From positions 2,696,201 to 2,760,200 of the forward strand of contig NC_092679.1 in NCBI RefSeq assembly GCF_964355755.1: a DNA stretch of 64,000 bases, given 5' to 3'. A model generated the notes under the pieces. That model saw only the letters and a list, made by a program, of their open reading frames with translations. It made no database searches and was not told where the DNA came from. A program made the translations under genes and the position numbers. This document shows positions 12,201 through 24,469 of the stretch, in pieces (position 1 is the stretch's first letter; every line of letters begins with the position of its first letter). The stretch comes from Antedon mediterranea (Eukaryota; Animalia; Echinodermata).

Positions 12201-15200
12201 AGTTATTATTCACTTTGACCAAAATATCTTTCTTTTGAGACAGCATTTGATTGAGGGCAAAGGGGGAAGGGGGGAGGGGATGGAGAGGAGTGGTTTTTCC
12301 TTAGAGGGAATAATGTCAATAAATAAATTTTGTTCATCATGTACGTTAAAAAATAATCCAAAATATAAACATTTTGAAATATGTACATCATTTAAATAAA
12401 ATAAGCTAATAAAATCCAAAGAAACTATTTCCTCTTTAAATACCTAAAACAATGTATGGAATTTTATGTTGTCAAAACCTTGTACCCACAGGGAACAGAC
12501 TGCCTTACAATGACCTGGCTGACCTACGAGGCTATTCTAAGCAGATAATTGAGAGATTTTTATGTGTCAAGGTTCTGTTGTTAATGGACACTATAACTAG
12601 GCTAATACCAAGGCCACATGTTTGGTAAAACCATGTGGAAGTGTGGGCTGACAACAAAAAAAAGTCAATATTATATTAAATGTATGGTGTGTGATTGTAA
12701 CAAATAATGATGGATTTTTCAGCATTGGTGAACATAATTGTGGTGGGATATCCACATTTAAACAGTCCTGCTTTTAAAATCTTCCATCTAGCCTAAAGTT
12801 TATTTTTAGGCCTTCCACCAGCCTAATTTCAATACAGCACCCATCTTTAAGGATGGCAAAATATTGATCATTTCAGTCTTTTGAATGCTTTATATAGTGC
12901 TAAAATATAGGGACATGTTTTATAAGTAAACCGCTTTGTTTTTCACCACCTAGGCATCCCTTACTCTTTGAAAACCACACACCTTAGCCTTCTCTACTAC
13001 CTACTACCATAGAGATATTACAATATCTCTATGGTAGTAGGCATAGAGATATTAATAAGTAAGTAAGTAATATTTATTGCTTTCCAAATACAGTACAAAT
13101 AAATAAAACAGTATAATGTAAATGAAATAAAAAGAGAAACAATTAAATATAAAAATACAAGACTAGACAAGAAAATAAGCATGGAAAGCAGGGGATGGCC
13201 CTTTAAGCCCAGAGGCTTGTTTCCAAAGGGGTCCCCAACTACCATATCCCTATGGTAGTAGGCATAGAGATATTACAATATCTCTATGCCTACTACCATA
13301 GAGATATTGTAATATCTCTATGCCTACAGTACTACCATAGAGATATTGTAATATCTCTATGCCTACAGTACTACCATAGAGATATTGTAATATCTCTATG
13401 CCTACTACCATAGAGATATTGTAATATCTCTATGCCTACAGTACTACCATAGAGATATTGTAATATCTCTATGCCTACAGTACTACCATAGAGATATTGT
13501 AATATCTCTATGCCTACAGTACTACCATAGAGATATTGCTACTATTACTACATTTCAGCATCATTTTATATGTCATACATAGTGAGTGGAAATTAGATTA
13601 AATACCAATATTATAGAACAAGCCAAAAGTGAAGAGGGTAAGTGGTCCAAAGCTTAAAATAGAGAAGTCTCTGGTTAATGTTCTAAAGTTGAATTTAAAA
13701 TGGATTGACGCAGGTGATGCCTAAAATTCACAGAAAATGAACAACCGATATTAAACACCTTACTGAGTTCACAACCTTCAATTAACCTGCCTAGCAGTAT
13801 AATATAGTGAATTATATGTTTTTATTAACAAAATTAAGACTTTACATTTTTCTTTGAAATATAAATTTTTTGCAGTTTCTAGTCATAAAATGTTACATTT
13901 TATGACTTTCTGAAGAAAGTGTTTTTTTTTTTGCCGTTATGATTGATGTTAAGTCACATACTTTATTGACATTTTTAACATCTGTGAAATTTATCACCAT
14001 GACAACTAACTGATTAGATATAACTTCTTGATAAGTTTCTAAAATCTTAGCAGAGAAAGAGAAATAAAAATTAATGGAGGTTGGAGTATTGTATGATTTC
14101 AGGGATGATAAAATAACATTTTATAGTTTTACTGTCAGGAGAACTACAGCAATATCGTAAATAAAATATGTCGCAATTAAATTTCAAATACCTTAAAATT
14201 TTATGTTTTGATAAACTGTAGCACAAAGGATTATGGGATAGTTTGTCATTCATTGCATTTCTTTATAGTCAATGTTTTCGAGTGATATGGATAAAATACG
14301 TTCAGAAGTTAAAATATTGTAAATAATTATTCTACAAATACAAAAACAGTAATTATTTGTTATATATACACACTGTGAATATTGTCAAAAACTAGGCCTT
14401 ACGCACATAAAAAAATATATAATAAAGTAAAAAATATATCATACTTTAACAATGAGACATGCTCCACGTATAATTGCACTCGAAACCAAACTTGCACTAC
14501 AGGCTTCCCAGACTTGTCCAAACCCTGAAAGAGTTGAGAAAAAAAGGTAAGGTAAGGGAGATATGAAAAAGCCTGAAATTCTGATAATCAGGCACTTATA
14601 ATTGTTAATGTAATGTATTGTCTACACTATCAAACTTTATGTGACAACAAAATGTGATGTGCCCATACATGATGATGTCATATCACTACCATATTTGGGC
14701 ATATCACTACCATATTTGGGCACATCACTCTTTTTTTGTCAAACTAGTTTGATAATGTAGACAGAGCATTAAATGAGTATTAACATTTTAAAAATTCAAC
14801 TGTATAAAATTATAAAAAATCCCAAAACGTTGATTAAAAATAAGCATATTCTTCTAATAATTATGTACTAAAAAATCCTTTTTATTTTTTTAAAATACAG
14901 AATTCAGCACTCATAATACTCAGTAATGTTAATTTTACAATATCATTTTTGCGGTACATTGTATCCCCTGACCTGGGCCTCTATAAAGCTCCCTTTGGAA
15001 TTTCACCTATGTAAATTCTAAAATGAGTCCAGCGATGAGAAGGTACCTTGCTAACCTACTGTGTAAAGCTACCATTAGTAAATTTCATTTGAATTACTGT
15101 AAAAAGCTACTATACCAATTTGTATACTACACATTTAATTCATAAATTGTACCGGTGTTCAATTCTATAAAACCACCTTCAAACATTTACATAAACTATT

Positions 15201-17816
15201 TAGTTTGATCTTTGAGCAACCCATGTGTGCAACTTTTTTGCCTCTTCATATTTGCTTTCCCTGATTTTTGTTTAGCCTTTAAAAATCTAAATTTAATTTC
15301 ATCACTGTAACAATTTTTTGCTTACAAGTGAGGCACAACCTGTGGCGTGTGTGTACAGTAGTTTGTGGATGTCTTTTGTGATTAAGCTGGTCCGTCAGGC
15401 CTACTTCTATGAGTTTAGATAGATCAGTGGCATATCGCAGAGGCTTGAGGCCCCTCGTTTAGGAACACCAAGTGGCCCTCCAACATAATTTAATGCCTGT
15501 ATTTCTCTGGATAATACTCAGGGGCCCTCATAAGCTCTGGGATTCCTGGATTTAGCCAGTGAGCACTCATATCCGATAGAGATAGATCCCATGATTGTAT
15601 TTTTGTAATGCAGCTCAAATTAAACTTGGAGATAAAGTTTAAAGCATTTATTACTTACTTTAAGTTATAAAACATAATAATAAATGTCTAAATTGTTTAA
15701 GAAAGGGACATTTATAGACACGCAAGGTGTATTAACTATATGGCTATCTTCTTTAAGAATATAATAAATCAATATGACATTCACTAGCTAGCTAGTCACT
15801 CATCATACAGTAATGAATGCTAAATAATGTTTTTTTGTTAAAAAAAAAGAGAAAATTATTTATATAACAGAAATGTTATAATACTGTATGAATAGAACTT
15901 TTAACCATTACAAGATTATTGATTTGGGGCTCTGTAGGTAAATAAAGTTAAATTGAATTGATAAATTTCAACAGAAAAAATTGTCACTGATTAACTACAG
16001 AGTCCACTAACAAAATGATTGAACTTATACTAGGATTACATCACACAAGTATCTGGCTACGTATCTCCACATAATTTTAAGGAAAGGAAAATTCTGTAAT
16101 ATATTATGTTTACTGTATGACTGTAATGTAACGTTATGTTAAGGGACATGTGAAACACATGTGATGCTGTATCACAGTATTTTCCTATCATACTGGAACA
16201 ATGTAGATCTAAATACCGTAGAGTATCCAGCGAATTGGCTAATTATATAAATATACTTACATTGCCCGATTCAGCCTTCCAGCCCTTTGGAGCATACTTA
16301 GAAAGTTTGTTCTTAGGTTCAAGAAATTCATACTCAATACACGCTATATAAATATAATAAAGTTGTTTATATTAAACCGCTGGAGTGTAACAAAATACTG
16401 AATTTTGTGTTTATCTTATATTATACTGTAGTATTGAACAAGATAACAATTTTGTTTATCTGCATTGCGTGTGTTTGATTCTTTAAATATTTTATATTGA
16501 TTAGAGAACCCCTTCGAAGTGAAGAGAATAAAACAAAACATTGTATTTAACTGCAGTAGAGACAAGACCAGACGTAACATCTCTGTAATATGTAAATTAA
16601 AACTGAGCAGTGGGATGGAGGGAAGGCATGTGGGGCAGTGTGTTGGACGTTGGATAACTGATCGTGTGGTCATGGTTCGAATCCAACTTTCGCCGAATTG
16701 CTTAGTATCCAATAGGCAAGACACTTTACTTACATTTGCCTCTTTTCATAATCATGTATAAAATGGGTACCGGGTTACATCAAGACACAATTTTTGATTA
16801 TGATTACTAGCTGCATTATGGGAGTATGTTTCCAGTTTTTGACCCAAAAAATTAATAATGTCCAGGGCACTGAGAGCTTGCTTATATGCGCTATATAAGG
16901 ATGAACTATTATTATTATTATCAAACTCACTTGACTGTTGACGTGCTATCGCCAGTCCAAAGAGTTGGTCATCTTTAAAGCCAACAAGCGTGCATACTTG
17001 GTCGAACAAATCCTGAACCTTGCATTTCACCTGTACAAATAAAAAGAAACAATGATGAGTTTGTTGATTAAGAACTTTTCAGCCCACATACATAGATTTT
17101 GAACCCCTTGCGCTTTCATGTTTTATTCAACAAATTAATGTCCCATCAGATTAACATTAGGAAACTTTCGGTTTGCAACAATGTGGAACCTCTGTATATT
17201 GTGTCAGTGAATCATCTTGACGGACACTGCCTACTGTATTGTATGTTTATATGTATGTTTATACAACACCCTAAATTTGAGTCTTTAATTTTTAGCGTGT
17301 TGTAGGGGCCAAGTTCAACCTCCAAAAAAACCTTGCCGTTATTACATTAAATCGTAACACCGTGTTATACCGTAGTTCAAATCTCAAGATGCATTACAGT
17401 ATGAATTGATATGAGTTTATAAGGGATTTTAACAAAGGAAGATTTTTTTCGTTTAAAATTTAGTTTCTTCAGTATTGATTTTTAAATATGCTGTTGAGAT
17501 TTGAAAAAAAATTGCTTTAAAATTAAAACTATGCTACAGTATATTTTGCCAAATTATGCCAACATTTGATTAGCGTTAATGTTAAGCTCAGCCTTTCATT
17601 TCACTATTTCTAGTCACCATTAGTTTTTCTAAATCCTGAATCTGCATTGCAATGAATTAGCATAGAAAAAGTAACTAGTTCTTTTCCCTTTCTCATACAC
17701 TTTTGAAAGTAAATTTGAGCACATACCTCAATAGCAATTCTTGATTCTTCCCCATCCAGGAATATAACATTGACATATTTCTGATTTGATGGCAACGGCT
17801 TATGACTGCCATCCAT
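247..17816 (-). CDS. FRMD6: FERM domain protein of the FRMD6 (Willin)/FRMD1/Expanded family, ~706 aa, 14 coding exons
   Basis: GT-AG exons with consistent phases: 17727-17816, 16931-17030, 16261-16343, 14445-14524, 9187-9373, 8016-8171, 7613-7678, 4571-4639, 3796-3872, 3262-3359, 2499-2699, 1802-1924, 1248-1381, 247-903 (sum 2121 nt). The spliced protein has FERM motifs (VIFLDGEE, DQLFGLA, KLSKYAPKGW, GLDKSGKPVVQVWFRVQLYVE, RHQYYLQLK, LASYALQADLGN, YFPEWV, KKFELQVEG) and the post-FERM RYRESYIS and TSGIVS motifs typical of FRMD6/Expanded. FRMD6 versus FRMD1 orthology is not resolvable by eye. Confidence 0.88.
2034..2112 (+). mobile_element. tRNA-derived SINE head fragment
   Basis: A-box-like GGTGGTCTAAAGG and B-box GGTTCGAGTCAC; no intact cloverleaf. 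Confidence 0.45.
3615..3774. mobile_element. MITE family A (PIF/Harbinger-like)
   Basis: TIR AGCTCTGTCTACACTATCAAAC / ...TAGTGTAGACAGAGCT, TWA flanks; one of ~15 copies in the window. Confidence 0.85.
5336..5550. mobile_element. MITE family A copy with ~5 internal 21-bp repeats
   Basis: Same TIRs; internal ATATCACTACCATATTTGGGC unit expanded. Confidence 0.8.
6363..6502. mobile_element. MITE family A copy
   Basis: Both TIRs present, TAA on both sides. Confidence 0.85.
8971..9128. mobile_element. MITE family A copy (opposite orientation)
   Basis: Intact left TIR, degenerate right TIR, internal sequence reverse-complemented. Confidence 0.8.
9423..9801. mobile_element. Foldback MITE with TA target duplication (Tc1/mariner-like)
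   Basis: TA/CGGGTATTGCTAAACACCGCAAAC...GTTTGCGGTGTTTAGCAATACCCG/TA; the element is an almost complete palindrome centred near 9625. Confidence 0.85.
10175..11733. mobile_element. Non-autonomous Kolobok-like DNA transposon, ~1.56 kb
   Basis: TTAA/AGGGGGATTCTGGGTTTAAAAT...ATTTTAAACCCGGAACCCCCCT/TTAA. TTAA TSD with purine-purine termini (not the CC termini of piggyBac); no transposase ORF seen. Confidence 0.75.
12993..13540. repeat. Palindrome-based 34-39 bp minisatellite interrupted by a LINE 3' tail
   Basis: Unit C(AGTA)CTACCATAGAGATATTGTAATATCTCTATGCCTA repeated ~7 times at 13260-13540, plus a copy at 13000-13054. Confidence 0.85.
13055..13242 (-). mobile_element. LINE (L2/CR1-group) 3' end remnant
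   Basis: Minus strand shows the GGGGACCCC...AAGCC...GGCTT...CCCC stem-loop, then AATAAA and a (TTAC)n tail. Similar stem-loops at 43897-43965 (+), 58738-58805 (+) and 52048-52096 (-). Confidence 0.55.
14619..14768. mobile_element. MITE family A copy
   Basis: Slightly truncated left TIR; internal sequence and right TIR intact. Confidence 0.8.
16627..16921 (+). mobile_element. tRNA-derived SINE, near full length
   Basis: A/B boxes (TGTGGGGCAGTG, GGTTCGAATCC), central GGCAAGACACTTTAC...AAAATGGG domain, and a GCGCTATATAAG...(TAT)n LINE-type tail. Confidence 0.7.
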
Positions 17817-18491
17817 GGCAAGCTCGCAGAAATAAAATCCTATTCATATAGTCACATCTCTACAAATTGATGCAGAAGAAATATCACAGAAATTTACCTG
17901 GAAAAAAAAATTGAAATACTGTTAGTGTTAGTTAGTCAATTAATCTAAACATTCTATATTGAAAAGCAATATTGCTTGAAACATACAGTACAGTAATTTT
18001 GCAAAATTATTCAGTAAGATAAAATAATTAATTTGTTTGTTTTGTCTATTCTATCTACTGTATCCTAAAACTAAGTACATCATGTTTGACACAGTTACAA
18101 TTTACAGGGTAATTAGTTTTCTTCCCCACAAACAAATTAATAAAAAATTGCATTTAAAAAAAGTTAAGTACAGCTATCTGCATACTTAGAATGTGTCCAA
18201 ATACCGTATAAATCCTGTACAAAAGCACAATCAATACTACTGAATATTTATTCAAAACTTGTAAATTTGTTGAATGAAGGCCAAGATGACATTCCAATGC
18301 ATACCACCTGAGAGAGGACAACATCAGGTAAGCTAACCTTAGGTCATGTGATTAACCTATAATCTCCAGATGCTGAAGAATTATGGGATTTATTATGGGA
18401 TGGAAAATTTAGTTCACAAAATCACCCTCAGCAGGAGTAGAATAATATTACTACTTTGGTAGTTTACATTGATTTTAGAGGTTAAAAAATA

Positions 18492-18797
18492 TTATACAAA
18501 TAATGAATGTTTATGAGTGCAATGGTACAAATAATGGCACGAGGTGAATGATGAAAGGTTATATCAACGAGGCAAAGCCGAGTTGATATAACCTTTCATC
18601 ATTCACCAAGTGCCATTATTTGTACCATTACACGAATACAAAACATTCATTATTTGTTTTATATAACATCTAAATAACAAACAAAAATGTTTCAAAAAGT
18701 ACTATTTAACGATCGTTGAATAGTGCGTACTATTGCACGCCATGTGACCCACATTCGTCCAATCAAATGACAGGAATTTATTTAGGTGTTATATAAT
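18492..18797. mobile_element. Palindromic non-autonomous element (possibly Crypton-like)
   Basis: Arms of ~70 bp fold around CGAGGCAAAGCCGAG. The distal part recurs in reverse orientation at 46208-46300. The superfamily assignment is from memory and tentative. Confidence 0.6.
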
Positions 18798-21700
18798 GTG
18801 TATTAATCAAGAAAAATCTACTATCCTTCGGGACACCAATATTCAGGGTATATTATAAAACTACATGACACACCCCAATTAGTAGTATTGAAGGGAAAAC
18901 ATTGTTGGGTCCCCTATCATATTAAAGGGAACACTTTTCTGGGTCTCTTAATAGTTGGTTTTTTTCAAGATACTGGCCTGACATTGACAAACATCAGTGC
19001 AAATATACTATATTTACAGTGCAATAGTCGATAATAAGTCTACCATCCATGATGTAGAATTCTGAATTTATTGTATTTAATTGTACTGGCAGTGGTATTC
19101 ATTTTAACTGAATCTCAATTTTACACAGAGATTTTCATACAAGATATTTGTATCCAATCTCAACAAGATTCTGACCTTCACATTACTTCACAGACAGCTC
19201 AGAAGTGTCAATCAATCATTATCTTGTCTTGTGATTGCTTGACAGTTTTTAAATACTGTTACATTCCAATCAATTAATTCAAAGTGTTAATGGTTTATTT
19301 ATGAACACTGATAACAGTTAAGGTACATTCACAAATGGAAGTAAATAAATTACAGTGCACAGTAGGCCTACCAGGAAAGAGTGAAATCACTATTCCCTAG
19401 TAGCCTACTACTAAAGTACTGTATCATTAGTATGCAAAATAGAGGCTTTAACCCCTAAATTACTGTACCAAATCTATATTCATACTTGTATTAAATCCAA
19501 ACTATCAAGTACATACAGTACCAAGGCAGGGTTTGAAGGTTACAAACAAAATGCCCCTTTTTCACACTATAAAAACGTATTTAGAAAACTCATAAGGAAT
19601 TTTCCTAACTTTGTGGAGAACCTGCCTATAAAAGTCCTGACTACAGGCATAAATGATGATCCAATGTCGCTAAACTTCTATTAAAAACATTGTTTATTTA
19701 TTATTCAGAATACAAAATAAAGAAATCAAATCAATTATTCAATTAACTATAAAATAATATTATGAAACTCTCTAAATACTATATCTCATATGTTTGCGAA
19801 CACTAATCATCTCAACCTCAGAAAAAATTATTTCCAAAACTATGGATTGGAGTAAAGCAAAAACTGTAAAATCATTTGTAAGAATCAATGGTCAGGGTTT
19901 TTATTAACGGATAATAATATTCAAATTACCTTTTCAATCAAGTACAAAAACAGATCCAAGTTTTAGATACTTAGATAATTGCTAACTAGTAGTAGTAGTA
20001 ACTACACATTGTGAATACCGCTAAACAAATTTGATAATTTAAAAAGCATTGTTTGCCGATTGGTAAGGTACTTAATGATGACTTAATGGCCGTAAAGACC
20101 AATAGTGCTATGGTTTTTCACAAACAGTTATTGTTTTGTTATCTTATCAAAAGGACATAAGTACATGTTGAATAGGCAACTTTATCTACATGATAGCAGG
20201 CATTCTTGAAATACCTCACACAGGGAATAGTAAACAAAACAAGTTCAGCATTTACACAGCTTGCATAGCTTAGCTTACCTGTATGCATACTGTATTATAC
20301 AGTATGCATAATATAATGCAAAAGAAACCTCTACCAGGGAGTTGTACTCCCTGCCTCTACCAAATCCTACTATGACAAATCATAATCCAAAATATAATAG
20401 AAAATAAGTATGATTTAATATGGTACAATGTTAAGCCTCCCCTTACTCCTGGTTTATTTAAAATAATAAAATCTTCTAATCCTACAATATGTACACATAC
20501 AATTTGACTGGCAATACAGAAAAGTTCAGTTTGCCAGAGACTGTGTATTTTTTTTCATTTTTCATATCCATTTGACCAGCATACTGATTTGAATAAAAAA
20601 ATATATACAAAGTCATAACATAAATTACTGACATTACAAAATAAATACATTTATAAAAGATTTTCCAGGATTGCCCAAAAAGTTTAGCTTTCCATTGGGA
20701 TCCTTTTTTAATACATTAAAATAATAACAATCATCTAAAGAATGAAAAATGCTGAGCAGGCAGGACACAGCTTAATTAAGCAAAAATAGCTGTGACACAA
20801 TTGAGTCAGCTACTCTTATTGATAATACACTATAATAGTTTTTAATAGATTTTTAACAGTTCTTCTATTTGACGCCTGCAACATACCGACACAATGCTAA
20901 TAATGATGTTAGACCGCTTATTAAAACATTTTGGAAACAAGTGGAAAGCTGTTCCACAAATGACCCAGTTCATAGCTATTTGCAGGTAAAAATAGCCTGT
21001 CAACCTTAATTTTCACTATCGCATTCAGATCTACAGAATTTACATTCTGTGCTTGTGAAAACAGACTGAAGTATGTGATAATATCAAAGAATATCAACTC
21101 TATGTAATCTTAGAATCTTCACATTTCAAACATTTGAAGAATCTATACTGTATAGTTTCATCACTTTCAAATTTTATAGACATATTTTATAACATATTAT
21201 TTAATAATAAGACAGTTTAAATGTGGTATTATATTTTTGTATATTCACTAAATTAAGGAGGAACTACTCGGTCAAAAAAATATATTTATATTTATTTTGT
21301 ACTATGTTTAGTGCATATTTGTTCAGTGCATTTAATGACTTAAACAAAATACAGTATCTCTGCTATTTCTCTCTCGCAGCACACACACACACACACCACA
21401 CCCCCACACCCCTGGACACTAAACAGTTAGTACAGAGTACTGTTTAGTACTGGTAGTAGTACGTAGTACAAGTAGTATTAGTAGTATAGAAAATTACCCA
21501 TTGAAGAAACAAAGCATTTCATAATTTATTAATGCCTGTAACTGTTGCAGCTAGCTCATATAATATGAACTTGCCTTTGTTTGCGAGTTGGTCAGATGAC
21601 ATTTTATCCTCGCCTCGTTAAACATTTTACAAAGATTATTGTTTCTCCATCATATCTATCACGTGCTATAGTCATCTGTCTTATGGTTTATTAACATTGT

Positions 21701-24143
21701 AGAAAAGAGTGGTAATAACACATGGCTTACGGGGGACAAAGAATGACCAGCAGTGTGTACTAAGATACAAAGATGACACTATCGTTCTTGCTGCTAGCCT
21801 ACACTGTACAATACATCACAAGTGCTACCTAGGCACACACATTTTAATGCTTGCCAGGAATGGGTGGCAGTGGCACTTAAATATAAAAATAATGTTGGGA
21901 GAATTGTTGACAATTGAAAATGTTTGTATGTTTGAAACAATTGAGGGATTAGACTTACAGTAGTAAACTAATTGCTTCATCGTAAAATAATTATACATAC
22001 TAATGTAAAACTACTAGGATCATAAAATAAGGCTTTACACTATTGAGAATCTAATATTTTGCAAGCATTGGGTCACTATTACTGTACCCTACTGTATTTA
22101 TTTAATTAACTACTGCATTTATGCTGTGTAATTCACTGCTTGTGCATATAAATAGTACTTTAGTGATAAAGTATTTTTGTAATCTAAAGTACACATGTTG
22201 AGTAAATAACACTCTGCATTTAGATATACATTTATATAGTAATGGGTAATTTAAAGTTAAAATTGTTCTTCTTGTCTTATACTGTACACATGTGATAAAA
22301 CCTGTTGAAATTCTACTATAGTTAGTACAGAGCAATGTGGGAAATGGTGTGTGCAAACATATATTATATACTATTCTATTATTATTACTCAATGGTATAC
22401 ATATTTAATTAATAATAAAAAATGTTTACTTTAAAATATGATGTAATACTAGAGCTGATCAAATTATTTAAATTCTTTCAAACAAAATAATAGGATAATA
22501 AAATGAAACTAGATCTATTAGAGTAATTACACAATTACCAGTCCTATTAATAAAAATTAATTGTAACCAGTTTATTGAAATTCCAGGAAGATCAGTCAGG
22601 ACGTTTTGTTGTGTTGAAATTGCTCTTAAGCTTTAATACAGGTAGGTTCTGAATGAGAAAAAATGCCTTTGTCTAGTCTTCTGCATACACTATTAAACTA
22701 ACAGACCTAGTGTACTGCTTTACAATACCTTACCATACAAACCCCACATACCAGAACCTGTGGAGTATAATCACACACTTTACAGTATGTGTTTTCACAT
22801 GGAAATTGTGGTGTTATGAAGTGTAACGGTTTCTTTTATGGTCTGAATTCCAAAAGTTGGCCAGTTATCCGGAGGGGTTGTCTGAAAATGGCTTTAACCC
22901 TGTAGATATGTTTCGATAACAAGGCTAAGGGACTGGTCAGTATAGGATTAGCTAGTTAGCACCATAGAAAACATCTATATACAAGTTGACCTTCTTAATT
23001 CTAATAATTCTTAATTCTTTAAATAAACAGTTAGGGTTTTTAAATAAAAAATTAAACATGCATACTGTAGGTCAAAGATCAATGCAGTTCAAGTCTACAG
23101 TATACACTTACTTATAAAATATCTTTTTGGTGATTGATTATATATTTAATAAATATCAACAACTTTAGCGGCACTATCAGTCACATTACGAACCAAAAAT
23201 TTGTCCCAATGTTTTAATATTAAAAAAGAGAAAATAAATGATATAATTGATGATGCTTCGATACACTTATCTAGCTTGCTGTTTATAGTGGTTCAAAATT
23301 CCCAATTATAATACCTTCGACAACCATTTTTTAGACAAATTGAGATAACGAATTAATAGACGCTTACTATATAACTTTACAATAAAATTTAAAGACAAAA
23401 AAGAAGATCGACATTTCGGAAATTGAGATAAAATACCAAAATTCTTAGCTCTCCGCCTCTTTATAAGTGAAATAGTGCAGTCAATCTTTCAACTCATATT
23501 CTCACCATTCAACTTAATACAACTGCATTCATTATGTGTATGTTTGAGGTGCAATATTTATCAATTTCACATTTAAAGTTTATTGTAAACAATTTTATTT
23601 ATATAAATATAAATACAAAATAGGCCTAGGCCTAGTAGGCTAGCTACTTTTACTTTTAGAATATAGTTTTGCTTTAAAAAATATTAATAAAATAGGCTCA
23701 ATAAAAATGAGAAAAGAAAAGACAAAAAAGAATAATATTTATCATTTTAGCAAATGAAAATAGGCAGCATAACAATGGTTAAAAAAAATATTATTTTTAA
23801 TTAATATTAATCCTAGGCCTAAACCTATGTCTGTCTGTGGCATTGTCTTGCACTCTTATTTAGTGTTAAATTAAGCTCTCTCTATCCTAGCTAGGGTAGG
23901 CAGCTAGAGCGGTCCTACAGTATGATGATATAATAATATTAATACAATGCTTTTATAAAGACAGGATGCACTTTAAAAAAAAACAGCAAGAAGAGAATGA
24001 CGAGGTCTACAAAAGGTAAACTAAATGATGACACTTAGCCAGGATGCTGAGCTCCTAAAAAGTCAATTCCACCCACCGCCTGTCTCCTCTCCGCCGCCGA
24101 CGTTTTGCCATTTTCTATGCGCCAAGTGAGAAAGTTGACTTAC

Positions 24144-24350
24144 CGCCGGTGTGTCTGACAGATGTGAAAGACTAACAAGTTTAATCCAAAAGGTGCGTCT
24201 GGTTCAATAAAATCACAATGGGTTCTCCTAATAAAAATATCCGTTATATAAATAATATCCAAGTAAAAGAGCTTTAGTTACATAATAAGTATAAAGACTG
24301 ATTTTCCACAAGCCAATAAAACCAAATTATCTCTCTCGCACTTGTTATTT
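24144..24350 (-). other. Probable non-coding first exon of the FRMD6-like gene
   Basis: Strong donor GCG/GTAAGT on the minus strand at the 24144/24143 boundary in a locally CpG-richer stretch. The ATG-containing exon has an upstream acceptor at 17898-17899, so at least one 5'UTR exon must exist. The 5' boundary is a guess. Confidence 0.5.
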
Positions 24351-24469
24351 GATTGAGAATTTTCGTCGTCTGCTTCAATTCTCACACACTTTTTTATTTT
24401 TTCAACAGATACAACAAGAGAGGGCAGTAGACATAAAAACATTGGCGAAATCTGTGTTTCTTGTGAAGG
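24144..24469. promoter_or_regulatory. Putative bidirectional promoter region between FRMD6-like and AP4M1
   Basis: The divergent first-exon donor (24144, minus) and AP4M1 ATG (24470, plus) are ~330 bp apart. Inferred from geometry only. Confidence 0.45.

Noticed and set aside
17900-24140. Scattered CATTCC/GGAATG (TEAD-like) sites upstream of the FRMD6-like coding exons
   Set aside because: Only a few isolated hexamers, not obviously above chance; cannot be supported without conservation or ChIP data.
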